Shown: positions 18,714 through 29,052, counted from the first letter of the stretch. The stretch is 61,597 nt of DNA from an uncultured Clostridia bacterium (GCA_944391015.1 CALXRZ010000002.1:1-61597); one strand, 5' to 3'. Program-made: numbers and translations. The notes: generated by a model not told the origin, from the sequence alone.

Positions 18714-19739
18714 ATGAAAGTTTATTGTCCATATTGTAAAAAAGAAGTAGATTACAAAATTGAAGAAAGGCAATTAAAAGAATTTAGAGGAATAGAAATA
18801 AATACTTATGAAAATGTAGCAATATGCAAAGAGTGTAATAATGATTTATATGTAGATAAAATAGAAAGTGATAATAACAAAAGAATATATGAAATATATA
18901 GAGATAAAGCTAATATTATCAAACCACAAGATATAATTGAATTAAGGGAAAAATACAACATATCGCAAAGAGAATTAACTTCTATTTTAGGATTTGGTAA
19001 AATGACAATAAATAGATATGAAAAAGGTGGTGTGCCTACTAAATCTCAAAGTGATTATATAAAGTTATTGATAGCTAATGATAGTGAATTTATAAAAAAA
19101 GCAAGTGAAGCATATAAAAATGGTAGTATAAGTCAAAAGACTTATGAAAAAATAATTTCGAAACAAGAAAATAATAAAGTTAGTAAGGAAGATATTCAAG
19201 ATTTGTATAGAAAACATATAAAAGAAATACTAAATAGGAAACCTGACATATATAATGGATATACTCAATTAGATTTGGAAAAAATCGAAAATATAATTTC
19301 ATATATAGCAAGTAAAGTTAAAAACTTAACTATTACAAGTTTAAATAAATACTTATGGTATATTGATATGTTATCATTTAATCAAAGAAGTTTAGGAATT
19401 ACTGGACTAACATATCAACACGAGAAATTTGGACCAACTATAATTGAACAAGAATATAATGAAATTTCTTTGTTGGATAATAAATATAAAAGAGAAGACT
19501 ATGAAAATGAAAATGGAACTATAACTAAAATCGTAAGCAACAAAAATTTTGATTTAAGTAAGTTAAATGAAAACGAAATACACATAATTGACACAATAAT
19601 TAAACTACTAAAAGATAAAACTGTAACGGATATATCTGATATGTCTCACAAAGAAGATGGATGGAAAAAAACAAAAAGATTTGAAAGAATATCATTTGAA
19701 TATGCTATGAATTTAAGTATAGTTAAGAATAATATATAA
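18714..19739 (+). CDS. MqsA-like zinc-ribbon + XRE-HTH antitoxin with a candidate DUF4065/Panacea-like C-terminal domain
   Basis: CPYC...CKEC zinc ribbon, HTH ISQRELTSILGFGKMTINRYEKG, C-terminal about 190 aa (NKYLWYIDMLSF...) resembling SocA/DUF4065; start set at the ATG 1 nt after the toxin stop, GAGGTGG RBS. Confidence 0.65.
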   Translation: MKVYCPYCKKEVDYKIEERQLKEFRGIEINTYENVAICKECNNDLYVDKIESDNNKRIYEIYRDKANIIKPQDIIELREKYNISQRELTSILGFGKMTINRYEKGGVPTKSQSDYIKLLIANDSEFIKKASEAYKNGSISQKTYEKIISKQENNKVSKEDIQDLYRKHIKEILNRKPDIYNGYTQLDLEKIENIISYIASKVKNLTITSLNKYLWYIDMLSFNQRSLGITGLTYQHEKFGPTIIEQEYNEISLLDNKYKREDYENENGTITKIVSNKNFDLSKLNENEIHIIDTIIKLLKDKTVTDISDMSHKEDGWKKTKRFERISFEYAMNLSIVKNNI

Positions 19740-19744
19740 GCTAA

Positions 19745-19778
19745 TACCTACTTTATGGAAATAGAGTAGGTATTATTG
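19745..19778 (+). repeat. 34-bp direct repeat 2
   Basis: TACCTACTTTATGGAAATAGAGTAGGTATTATTG. Confidence 0.85.
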
Positions 19779-19846
19779 TAGAAGACAACAAGGTTCTGGA
19801 GTACCCGACTACGAGCTTTGATTGCTATGCCGGGTCAGGTTCTTAT
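19775..19846 (+). repeat. 72-nt conserved intergenic repeat, copy 1
   Basis: ATTGTAGAAGACAACAAGGTTCT...GATTGCTATG...TCAGGTTCTTAT; second copy at 37183..37254, same orientation. Confidence 0.8.
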
Positions 19847-19957
19847 AAAAATATAAAATTTGATATTTTTAAAGAATATTATAAATTTTAAAAGAAAAGT
19901 ATTTCAATTTAATAAAACTTATAATATAATGAAGAAAAAAATAGAAAGAGGAAACTT

Positions 19958-21625
19958 ATGAAAGCAAAAAAAGTTGTAATAATTATTATTTTACTTATAT
20001 TCTTAGCAATTATAGCAGTAGGAGCATTATATGCAGTAAAAAAACTAGCACCAGGTTTTGCAAACGAAGAAATATCAGATATGACAAATTTAGTCATAAA
20101 TGGTAGCAATGTCACAGATTATTTAAAGGAAAATAACACAAAGGTTTATGTTAAAGACAATGTAACATATCTATCACTAAGTGATATGCAAAACTTCTTT
20201 GATAAATATATATATGTTGATGAAAAATATGGAAAAGTAATAAGTACATACAATTCAAACATAGTAACTTTAGACATAAACAATGGACAAATGCAATTAA
20301 ATGATGGAAATGTAAGTGTAGTACAAACTCCACTTAAAGTAGATGACGTGCTATATATTCCTTTTTCACAAATGGAAGAGGCTTATGACGCAACCTGCAC
20401 ATACATTTCTGAAACTGACACTGTAATCATAGATACAGAGGATAGAGATAAAACCTTTGCAACATTAGCAAAAGACACAAATTTAAAAAGTCGTACGAGA
20501 AACTTAAGTAGGACTATTGCTAAACTAGAGGAAAACGAAGAGGTTATGATAGTAAAACAAGATGATGATTGGTCTGAAGTCAGAACAAGTAAAGGAAAAA
20601 TTGGCTATATCAATAATTCTGCAATAGGCAGTAAATCAGAAGTGAAGTCTACTAAAACAGAAGAAGATAAATCTGATGAAAAAATAAATATGTTTTGGGA
20701 TTATTTTTATGCAGAAGAAAGTATTCCGGATAGAACAGGTGAAAGCTATGAAGGGGTAAACGTGGTTTCTCCATCATTTTTCGTACTAGATAGCACAGGA
20801 GCAATAAGAGAGAGCATTGGCAGTAAAGGAGATGCTTATATAAACTGGGCACATAGTAATGGTTATGAAGTATGGTCAATGTTTTCAAATGATTCATTAC
20901 AACAATTAACTTCGCAAATATTAAACGATTACGAGGCAAGAGAAAATTTAATATTAAATATTGTACAAAAGGCTAAACAATACAACCTAGACGGTATAAA
21001 CATAGACTTTGAAAATATGTATATGGAAGATGCAGATGTATTTTCAAGATTTATAATCGAGCTTGAACCACGTCTAAAAATACTAGGAAAAACCTTATCT
21101 GTAGATGTTACAGCACCAGATGGAGCAGAAAGCTGGTCTATGTGTTATGACAGAAATGTAATAGGAGATGTTGCAGATTATATAGTATTTATGGCTTATG
21201 ACCAATACGGAGAAGCAAGTACGGAACCTGGAACAACCTCTGGGTATGAATGGGTAAAGGTAAATTTAGACAAGTTTTTAGAAACAGAAGAAATTGAGCC
21301 AGAAAAAATAATATTAGGGCTACCATTTTATACTAGAGTATGGACAACACAAAACGGAAATTTAGTACGTACAGATGTAGTAGCAATGAAAAATGTTGAC
21401 ACAAACATACCAGCAGGAGTAGAAAAAGTTTGGGACGAAGTTACAAGGCAAAACTATATAAAATATGATTCAAACGGATACACGCGTGAAATGTGGATAG
21501 AAGATATTGATTCTTATAAAGAAAAATTGCTACTCATAAATGAATATGGCTTAGGTGGAGTAGCAAACTGGTGCAAAGATATGGAGCCAGAAGAAATATG
21601 GAGTGTTATAAACGAAAATTTATAG
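19958..21625 (+). CDS. Glycoside hydrolase family 18 protein, YaaH/SleL-like
   Basis: N-terminal TM, SH3b-like segment (DDDWSEVRTSKGKIGYI), GH18 catalytic DGINIDFE motif. Confidence 0.8.
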   Translation: MKAKKVVIIIILLIFLAIIAVGALYAVKKLAPGFANEEISDMTNLVINGSNVTDYLKENNTKVYVKDNVTYLSLSDMQNFFDKYIYVDEKYGKVISTYNSNIVTLDINNGQMQLNDGNVSVVQTPLKVDDVLYIPFSQMEEAYDATCTYISETDTVIIDTEDRDKTFATLAKDTNLKSRTRNLSRTIAKLEENEEVMIVKQDDDWSEVRTSKGKIGYINNSAIGSKSEVKSTKTEEDKSDEKINMFWDYFYAEESIPDRTGESYEGVNVVSPSFFVLDSTGAIRESIGSKGDAYINWAHSNGYEVWSMFSNDSLQQLTSQILNDYEARENLILNIVQKAKQYNLDGINIDFENMYMEDADVFSRFIIELEPRLKILGKTLSVDVTAPDGAESWSMCYDRNVIGDVADYIVFMAYDQYGEASTEPGTTSGYEWVKVNLDKFLETEEIEPEKIILGLPFYTRVWTTQNGNLVRTDVVAMKNVDTNIPAGVEKVWDEVTRQNYIKYDSNGYTREMWIEDIDSYKEKLLLINEYGLGGVANWCKDMEPEEIWSVINENL

Positions 21626-21712
21626 TTATTATAGTACTTATCTAATTTTATTAAATATAATATGTGATATTGTGATATTATAGTGGAAATTTAAGATAGA
21701 GGAGGAAATCTT

Positions 21713-22228
21713 ATGGAAAATAAGAAGAATTTAAGCTTATATGTAATTATATTATTATTGGTTATAATAATTATAGGTCTACTATTTTATATAGTTATAC
21801 AAAATAATAAACCATTAACCACTACGGAGCCTAATACAAATAGCACATCAATAGATTTAAGTAACGAAACTGAAAATTCGACGCAAAATGTAAGTGATGA
21901 AAATACTACAAGCCCAGAAATAGAATTTGTTAGAACATTTTCAGTAGATGCAAAACTAAATTATAGTGATACTACAGGAAAATATGGATATATTGTAGTA
22001 AATCAATTTCAACAAGATATGCCAACAGTTATGAAAATAGAAAATGACTTATTTGAACAATTAGAAATAGGTAATAGCTATGAATTTACTTTTAGAGGAG
22101 AAGTAAAAAGCAATAACGATTATTCTAAATTATACGATATTGTAAATGATTTTGAATGTGTGGAAGTAAATGAAACAAACAAAACTGGTTTAGAACAAAG
22201 ACAAGATGCGATTGTAAATGAAAAGTAA
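21713..22228 (+). CDS. Hypothetical membrane-anchored protein
   Basis: ORF track; GGAGG RBS; N-terminal TM. Confidence 0.6.
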   Translation: MENKKNLSLYVIILLLVIIIIGLLFYIVIQNNKPLTTTEPNTNSTSIDLSNETENSTQNVSDENTTSPEIEFVRTFSVDAKLNYSDTTGKYGYIVVNQFQQDMPTVMKIENDLFEQLEIGNSYEFTFRGEVKSNNDYSKLYDIVNDFECVEVNETNKTGLEQRQDAIVNEK

Positions 22229-22286
22229 AATTGAAATATATAACAAAAAACTTAACATCTCATATAATAATGTGAGGTGTTTTTTT

Positions 22287-22733
22287 ATGGCTTATTCCGA
22301 TAGAGAACTAATTGCAAGGCTAGTACAATGCGAAGCTGGGGGCGAGGGCGAGAATGGCATGAAAGCGATTGCTACGATAGTTATGAATAGAGTGCAAGTA
22401 ACGGAAGGAGAATATGCTAGAGTGTCACAAGGAGGAAATATCCAAAATATTATATTTCAACCAGGGCAATTCGACTGCGTAAGAGAAACAATAAACGGCA
22501 AGTATAATCCACAAAACATATATAATATGAATCCAACTGATGTGCATTATGAAATAGCTGATTGGGCTCTGTCTGGAAACAAGTTAAATGAAATAGGGGA
22601 GTGCTTATGGTATTTAAATCCTTTTAGACCTAATTGCGGAAGCACTTTTCCTACAAACGGGTCTGGTACATTTCATACCAGAATCGGAGAGCATTGCTTT
22701 TACAGGCCTACTAGTACGTATGCTAATACTTAA
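22287..22733 (+). CDS. Spore cortex-lytic cell wall hydrolase (CwlJ/SleB family)
   Basis: LIARLVQCEAGGEGENGMKAIATIVMNRV and QPGQF blocks; start set at the ATG after GAGGTG. Confidence 0.8.
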   Translation: MAYSDRELIARLVQCEAGGEGENGMKAIATIVMNRVQVTEGEYARVSQGGNIQNIIFQPGQFDCVRETINGKYNPQNIYNMNPTDVHYEIADWALSGNKLNEIGECLWYLNPFRPNCGSTFPTNGSGTFHTRIGEHCFYRPTSTYANT

Positions 22734-22832
22734 AATTGAGAATAATGTTTTTCTCAAATAAAGTCAATGCTAAAGTAGAGAATAAAAATTTTTAACCAGA
22801 AGTTTTATTTTAAGAAAGGAAGAATAATAATT

Positions 22833-23246
22833 ATGGATAATGAAAAAAGTGTTGAAACCAAAGAAAACAGAAATGTTAATATTAACCAAAATTCACCAGA
22901 AATACTTACGAACAATATTTATACACCTGCATTTTTAAGAGAGAACATAGGAAAACTTATGAGAGTAGAATTTTTAATAGGAACAAACAATTTAGTTGAT
23001 AGAACAGGAATACTAATAGATGTTGGTGCAAGCTATATTTTACTTAGAGCATTAGAAAGTGATGTAATAACTTATGCTGATTTATACTCAATAAAATTTA
23101 TAACAATTTCTAATTTGCCATATAATATGATTTTGAATTTCAATAATGGCAATGGGATAAATATGATAGGAAATAACAACTATTCTAACTCGTACTTAAA
23201 CAATACACAAATTCCAAATCAAGAGACGAATTATAGATATTACTAA
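22833..23246 (+). CDS. GerQ-like spore coat protein (candidate)
   Basis: Position directly after the cwlJ-like gene; central block GKLMRVEFLIGTNNLVDRTGILIDVGASYILL resembles GerQ/YwdL. Confidence 0.5.
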   Translation: MDNEKSVETKENRNVNINQNSPEILTNNIYTPAFLRENIGKLMRVEFLIGTNNLVDRTGILIDVGASYILLRALESDVITYADLYSIKFITISNLPYNMILNFNNGNGINMIGNNNYSNSYLNNTQIPNQETNYRYY

Positions 23247-23337
23247 AATTAAAATTAACTCAAAACTACTTGTACTTTTCTTAAATAACATATATAATAT
23301 AGGTGTTATTTTGTAATTTAAGGGAGGTACAATTTTT

Positions 23338-24339
23338 ATGTCATTTATTGATGGACTAAAGGATAAAGCAAAGCAAAGCATAAAAACTATAATATTAACA
23401 GAAAGTGAAGATAAAAGAGTGCTAGAAGCAGCTCAAAAAGTAAAAAAGCAAGGGTTTGCAAATATCATTCTTATTGGAAATGAAGAAGATGCAAATAAGC
23501 TAGCAAAAGAGAATAATATAGATATTTCTGGAATTCCAGTAATAAACCCAGAAACTTCAGATAAATTTGATGAATATGCAAATGCATTTTATGAACTAAG
23601 AAAAGCTAAAGGAATGACAGAAGACAAGGCAAAAGAGATGTTAAAGGATAATATGTACTTTGGAACTATGATGGTAAAAATGGGAGATGCTGACGGATTA
23701 GTATCAGGCGCGTGTCATTCAACAGCAAATACATTAAGACCTGCACTTCAAATATTAAAAACAGCTCCTGGAACAAAACTAGTTTCTGCATTTTTCTTAA
23801 TGGTTGTACCAGACTGCAAATACGGAGAAAATGGAATATTCATATTTGGAGATAGTGGATTAGTAGAAAACCCAACAGCAGACGAATTATCAGAAATAGC
23901 AATATCTTCAAGCAAAAGCTTTGAACAATTAACTGGAAAAGAGTCAAAAGTAGCAATGCTTTCATATTCTACTTATGGAAGTGCACATTCTGAATTAACA
24001 GAAAAAGTTGTAGAAGCTACAAAATTGTTAAAAGAAAAGATGCCAAACTTAGTATGTGATGGAGAATTACAATTAGATGCTGCAATAATTCCAGAAATAA
24101 ATGCAAGCAAAGCACCAGGTAGCCCTTTAAAAGGCGAAGCAAATACTTTAATATTCCCTAACCTAGATGCAGGAAATATAGGGTATAAATTAGTACAAAG
24201 ATTAGCAAAAGCTGAGGCTTATGGACCTTTGTGTCAAGGTATTGCAAAGCCAGTAAATGACTTGTCAAGAGGATGCAATAGTGATGATATAGTAGGAGTT
24301 GTAGCAATAACAGCTGTACAAGCTCAAGCTATGGATTAA
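23338..24339 (+). CDS. pta: Phosphate acetyltransferase
   Basis: 333 aa; GDADGLVSGACHSTANTLRPALQI block; followed by ackA. Confidence 0.95.
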   Translation: MSFIDGLKDKAKQSIKTIILTESEDKRVLEAAQKVKKQGFANIILIGNEEDANKLAKENNIDISGIPVINPETSDKFDEYANAFYELRKAKGMTEDKAKEMLKDNMYFGTMMVKMGDADGLVSGACHSTANTLRPALQILKTAPGTKLVSAFFLMVVPDCKYGENGIFIFGDSGLVENPTADELSEIAISSSKSFEQLTGKESKVAMLSYSTYGSAHSELTEKVVEATKLLKEKMPNLVCDGELQLDAAIIPEINASKAPGSPLKGEANTLIFPNLDAGNIGYKLVQRLAKAEAYGPLCQGIAKPVNDLSRGCNSDDIVGVVAITAVQAQAMD

Positions 24340-24408
24340 GCTATTTAATTAGGTTTATAGGTAGAGCCTTTAAAAACCTAAATATATAATGCAAGGAATG
24401 ATTTTTTA

Positions 24409-25599
24409 ATGAAAATTTTAGTTGTAAACTGTGGAAGTTCATCTTTAAAATATCAGCTAATTGATATGGAAACAGAAGAAGTAATGGCAAAAGGATACTT
24501 AGAGAGAATTGGGTTGGAGGACTCTTTTTTAACACACACTGTAAAAGGTGAAAAACATAGAATAGAGAAAAAGATTGCAAACCACGAAGAAGGAATCAAA
24601 TTAGTTATAGAACAACTACTAGATAAAGATTATGGAGTAATTAAAGACTTAAGTGAAATTGATGCAGTAGGACATAGAATAGTTCACGGAGGAGAAAAAT
24701 TCAGCAAATCTGTAGTTATTACAGATGAGGTTGAAAATACAATAAAGGAATGTATACCTCTTGCACCATTACATAATCCAGCTGGAATTACAGGAATAGA
24801 AGCTTGCAAAAAAGCTTTAAAGGGTGTACCAATGGTTGCAGTTTTCGATACAGCATTTCATCAAACTCTACCTAAAAAAGCGTATATGTATGCTATACCT
24901 TACGAATATTATGAAAAATATGGTGTACGTAAATATGGCTTCCACGGAACATCACATAGATTTGTTTCAAAAAGAGTAGCAGAAGTTATGGGAAAACCTG
25001 TTGAAGACTTAAAAATAATAGCTTGCCACTTAGGCCAGGGCGCAAGTTTATGTGCAATAGATGGAGGAAAATCTATAGAAACAACAATGGGCTTAACACC
25101 ACTTGCAGGTGTGCCTATGGGTTCTAGGTGTGGTGACATAGATCCATCAATAGTAACATTTTTAATGAAAAAAGAGAACTTAACTTGTGACGAAATGGAT
25201 ACGATTTTAAATAAAAAATCAGGTAAATTAGGTCTTTCAGGAGTAAGCATAGATGATAGAGATATAGAAGCTGAAGCAGAGAAAGGCAATGAAAGAGCAC
25301 AGCTTACAATAGATAACTTTGTATACCAAGTCGCTGGATATATAGGAAAACTTGCTGTACAAATGAAAGGTGTAGATGTTATTACATTTGCAGGTGGCAT
25401 AGGAGAAAATGGCATAGATGCTAGAAAACAAATTTGCGAATACCTAGAATGTATGGGTGTAAAAATAGATGACGAGAAAAATAATTGTAGAGGAAAAGAA
25501 GTAGAAATTACCACACCTGACTCTAAAGTAAAAGTATATGTAATACCAACTAACGAAGAGCTTATGATAGCAAGAGATACTGCAGAATTAGTAAAATAG
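24409..25599 (+). CDS. ackA: Acetate kinase
   Basis: [18 protein letters not shown]-terminus, HRIVHGG, GFHGTSH. Confidence 0.97.
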   Translation: MKILVVNCGSSSLKYQLIDMETEEVMAKGYLERIGLEDSFLTHTVKGEKHRIEKKIANHEEGIKLVIEQLLDKDYGVIKDLSEIDAVGHRIVHGGEKFSKSVVITDEVENTIKECIPLAPLHNPAGITGIEACKKALKGVPMVAVFDTAFHQTLPKKAYMYAIPYEYYEKYGVRKYGFHGTSHRFVSKRVAEVMGKPVEDLKIIACHLGQGASLCAIDGGKSIETTMGLTPLAGVPMGSRCGDIDPSIVTFLMKKENLTCDEMDTILNKKSGKLGLSGVSIDDRDIEAEAEKGNERAQLTIDNFVYQVAGYIGKLAVQMKGVDVITFAGGIGENGIDARKQICEYLECMGVKIDDEKNNCRGKEVEITTPDSKVKVYVIPTNEELMIARDTAELVK

Positions 25600-25645
25600 T
25601 ATAAATAAGAAGAGTATTAAAAAATAGATATAGAAAGATTTTTAA

Positions 25646-25680
25646 TTAAGCATTAAGTAGATATTCTATTTAGTGCTTAA
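25646..25680 (+). terminator. ackA terminator
   Basis: TTAAGCATTAAGTAG / CTATTTAGTGCTTAA followed by TTTG. Confidence 0.6.
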
Positions 25681-25751
25681 TTTGAATTACAATAATAAAT
25701 CATAAATCAAAAGAGTACGGAAGTTTAATTTTGAAAATAAAGAGGGATTAT

Positions 25752-26891
25752 ATGGAGCAAACAAATGTGCAAAACAGTGTAAAAGCAAGAGAAGCAAATA
25801 TGGAATTATTAAGAATTGTTGCAATGCTTATGGTTATAACCTTGCATTGCGTTGGCAGAGGTCTATTACTAAGCAATTCAGTGATAAGTAATGTAAACTT
25901 ACTCTTAATTCAGTTTTTAGATTCTTTTTCGCTCACAGCAAATTCACTTTTTATATTGCTAACTGGTTATTATTATATTGGTAAAAAGTTTAATTTACGA
26001 AAAATATTATCATTATGGGGGAAAACATTATTTTACTGCATCTTAATATTTACAATTTATAGCATATTAAATTTAAAGACTAACTTTCTAAATTCATTCT
26101 TCCCTGTTTTTTCAGGAGCATATTGGTTTATTACTTCATATATTGCATTATACTTTATTATGCCTTTTTTAAATATTGCAATAAATAAATTTAGCCAAAA
26201 ACAGTGCAAATTTTTAATTATTTTTTTAGTTATACTAATGGGAGTAATAAGAATAATATTCAATCCAGCTGATTTATTTAACAGCACATTTATGCATATA
26301 ATAGTAATATATATAATAGGTGCATACATTAAAAAATATGTTAAAATTGAGCCCAATAAGCAATATTTTATTAAATATGTACTAGTGGCAATTATATTTA
26401 CAGTAGCAATTACAATTTTAAATGTATTGGTTCACATTGTTCCAAAAACTTTAGATGTATGGATTATTATAGCTAATATACTTTCATACTTTAGAAACTT
26501 TATCAACATAATACTTGTATATATGGCCATATTGCTTTTTATGAAATTTAAAACTATAAATATAAAATCAAATAAGCTTTCAAAGCTAATATTATATATA
26601 TCACCATCAGTTTTTTCAATCTACATCATACACGATAATGTACACTTAAGAGATATGATTTGGCAAAAATTTAGTTTTATAAATTTAGCTAATTCGTGGC
26701 TAATGATTCCATACATAATATTGGCAATACTAATAGTCTTTACAGTTTGCTTAGCCATAGACTTAATAAGACGTGGAATATATACAGGGTTAAAGAAAAT
26801 AAAAATAATTAACAAAGGAATACAAAAAATAAATGAGCAAATTGATAAAGTAAATACAAAAATCAACTGCATATTTGAGTCCGAAGTTTAG
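25752..26891 (+). CDS. Acyltransferase family 3 membrane protein
   Basis: MELLRIVAMLMVITLHC-type N-terminus, about 10 TM helices; start set at the ATG after AGAGGGA. Confidence 0.8.
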   Translation: MEQTNVQNSVKAREANMELLRIVAMLMVITLHCVGRGLLLSNSVISNVNLLLIQFLDSFSLTANSLFILLTGYYYIGKKFNLRKILSLWGKTLFYCILIFTIYSILNLKTNFLNSFFPVFSGAYWFITSYIALYFIMPFLNIAINKFSQKQCKFLIIFLVILMGVIRIIFNPADLFNSTFMHIIVIYIIGAYIKKYVKIEPNKQYFIKYVLVAIIFTVAITILNVLVHIVPKTLDVWIIIANILSYFRNFINIILVYMAILLFMKFKTINIKSNKLSKLILYISPSVFSIYIIHDNVHLRDMIWQKFSFINLANSWLMIPYIILAILIVFTVCLAIDLIRRGIYTGLKKIKIINKGIQKINEQIDKVNTKINCIFESEV

Positions 26892-26918
26892 CAAAAGGGG
26901 ACGGGCTTAAATTGTAAA
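26888..26918 (+). repeat. ACGG-loop hairpin motif, copy b
   Basis: TTAGCAAAAGGGGACGGGCTTAAATTGTAAA; overlaps the acyltransferase stop; 48 nt before the pbp ATG. Confidence 0.8.
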
Positions 26919-26966
26919 AAAATATTCTAAATTAACCAAAAAGAAGTAACGAAAGGACTGAAAAGA

Positions 26967-28868
26967 ATGGAAGAAGAAAATAAAAAAAGTTCAAAAAAAG
27001 TTGGAATAATTATATCTGTAATTATAATTATACTTCTAATAGCAGGAATTATAGCGTGGTACACTATATCAAATATGGATAAAAATAAGCCAGACGAAGT
27101 TTTATATGCGTACATAGACTGCTTAAAAAATCAAGATTATGAAGGAATGTATTCACTAATTTCTGATTCAACAAAGCAAAGCATCGATAAAGACACATAT
27201 TTGGCAAGAAATAAAAATATATACGAGGGAATAGAAGCTACTAATATTGAAATTAGCAATGTGGAGACTACAATCAACAAAAAGCCTAAAAAATATAGTG
27301 TTAAATATACAATGACTTTTGATACTTTAGCAGGCAAATTAAGTTATGATTATGAAATGAACTTCGATAGACAAGATGATAATAAATACTATATTAACTG
27401 GGATTCTGGTTTGATTTTTCCAGATTTAAAAGAAAGTTATAAAATTAGAGTATATTCAAATTCTGGTTCAAGAGGAGATATACTAGATAGAAACGGAAAA
27501 GTGCTTGCTACAAATAATGAAAATGGTGAAAGAGAATATCCATATGGAGAAATAACAGCACATCTTGTTGGATATGTAAGAGGAATAAGCGAGGAAGAAT
27601 TAGAAGCACATAAAGGCGAAGGATACACTGCAAGTAGCATAATAGGAAAAAACGGTTTAGAATTAGCATTTGAAGATAGACTAAAAGGAAAAAATGGCAC
27701 AGGGATATATATGGTGGATGAAAACGAGAACGTACTTGAAACTATTGCAGAAACAGATATGGAAGATGGAGAAGACATTAAAACTACAATAGATGTAGAA
27801 TTACAACAAAAAATATATGAAGAATATGGAAATGACAATGGTTTTTCGGTTGCGATGAACCCTAAAACAGGAGAAGTACTAGCAATGGTAAGCACACCAA
27901 GCTTTGACTCAAACAAATTTATAACAGGCTTTACAGATGAAGAGTGGGAAGCTTTAAGCACCGATGAAGATACACCAATGTTTGCAAGGTATGAAAGCAC
28001 CTGGGTTCCTGGTTCATCATTTAAACCAATTACAGGGGCTATAGGACTTACAACAAATAGCTTCACAGCTACAGAAAGCTTTGGTAACAGTACATTAAGT
28101 TGGCAGAAAGATGAAAGTTGGGGAGACTACAAAGTTACAACATTAACTACTTATGGAGGAGCATCTAACCTAAGAAATGCACTTATATACTCTGATAATG
28201 TATACTTTGCAAAAGCAGCTATTCGTATTGGGGCAGATACATTTGCAAAACAATTGCTAAAAATTGGCTTTGATAAAGAAATGGACTTTCCAATTTCAAT
28301 GTCAACATCACAATTTGGAAGCAATAACGAATTCTCATCAGAAATAAGCTTAGCTGACTCTGGATATGGACAAGGTAAAATACTAGTAAACCCATTACAC
28401 ATCGCTTCAGTTTATTCAGCATTTGTAAATGACGGAAATATGATAAAACCTTACATAGAATATGCAAAAACAAATACTGATACTGATTTGAATGAAAAAA
28501 CAGATGAAAGTAAAGAAAAAAGCACAGAAGAAAGTGAGCAAAAATACTGGATAGAAAATGCTTTTTCAAAAGAAGTAGCCAATGAGATAAGAGATGACTT
28601 AATACAAGTAGTAGAAAACCCAAATGGAACTGGATACGAAGCAAGAATAAATGGATTAACACTTGCTGGAAAAACAGGAACAGCAGAACTAAAAGGAGCA
28701 GGAGAAGATGAGGGAGAAGAGCTAGGATGGTTTAACACTTTTGTAGTAAGTGACGAGGATGACGAACAACTACTAATGATAAATATGATAGAAAATGTAG
28801 AAAATAGAGGAGGAAGCCATTATTTACTTCCAATTATAAAAAGAATAATACAAGATTATTTATTATAA
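26967..28868 (+). CDS. Class B penicillin-binding protein (transpeptidase)
   Basis: N-terminal TM, SSFKP (SxxK), YSDN (SxN), KTGTAE (KTG). Confidence 0.9.
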   Translation: MEEENKKSSKKVGIIISVIIIILLIAGIIAWYTISNMDKNKPDEVLYAYIDCLKNQDYEGMYSLISDSTKQSIDKDTYLARNKNIYEGIEATNIEISNVETTINKKPKKYSVKYTMTFDTLAGKLSYDYEMNFDRQDDNKYYINWDSGLIFPDLKESYKIRVYSNSGSRGDILDRNGKVLATNNENGEREYPYGEITAHLVGYVRGISEEELEAHKGEGYTASSIIGKNGLELAFEDRLKGKNGTGIYMVDENENVLETIAETDMEDGEDIKTTIDVELQQKIYEEYGNDNGFSVAMNPKTGEVLAMVSTPSFDSNKFITGFTDEEWEALSTDEDTPMFARYESTWVPGSSFKPITGAIGLTTNSFTATESFGNSTLSWQKDESWGDYKVTTLTTYGGASNLRNALIYSDNVYFAKAAIRIGADTFAKQLLKIGFDKEMDFPISMSTSQFGSNNEFSSEISLADSGYGQGKILVNPLHIASVYSAFVNDGNMIKPYIEYAKTNTDTDLNEKTDESKEKSTEESEQKYWIENAFSKEVANEIRDDLIQVVENPNGTGYEARINGLTLAGKTGTAELKGAGEDEGEELGWFNTFVVSDEDDEQLLMINMIENVENRGGSHYLLPIIKRIIQDYLL

Positions 28869-28919
28869 CATATTTATTATGAAATAGATTAATATGTCCT
28901 TAAATTTTATGCAAACTGA

Positions 28920-28950
28920 TTTGCAATTAGGAACGGGCCTATATTGTAAA
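28920..28950 (+). repeat. ACGG-loop hairpin motif, copy c
   Basis: TTTGCAATTAGGAACGGGCCTATATTGTAAA. Confidence 0.75.
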
Positions 28951-29005
28951 TCGGTTTATATATTGTAAAAAATAAAGGCATCTTAATTTTCTATTACATA
29001 GGGAT

Positions 29006-29052
29006 GTATAGGAAAAATCGACTTTTTTGAAATGTCGATTTTTTCCGTATAC
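29006..29052. terminator. Bidirectional terminator between pbp and dpaB
   Basis: GTATAGGAAAAATCGAC / GTCGATTTTTTCCGTATAC; contains a 22-mer repeated at 37280..37301. Confidence 0.65.

Noticed and set aside
19775-19846. The 72-nt repeat as a conserved peptide (IVEDNKVL.Y.T..FDCY.GSGSY in both copies)
   Set aside because: There is no ATG/GTG/TTG start or RBS in that frame in either copy. Substitutions are not biased to third positions. The upstream sequence is the terminator hairpin.
26897-26916. Reading the hairpin motif as a sigma-54 (-24 GG / -12 GC) or sigma-A promoter
   Set aside because: The GG to TTG spacing is one nt short and the -12 element would be TTGTA, not TTGCA. TTGCAA-N17-TTGTAA gives a poor -10. 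Copies directly after stop codons, and one inside a coding 3' end, fit a structural element better.
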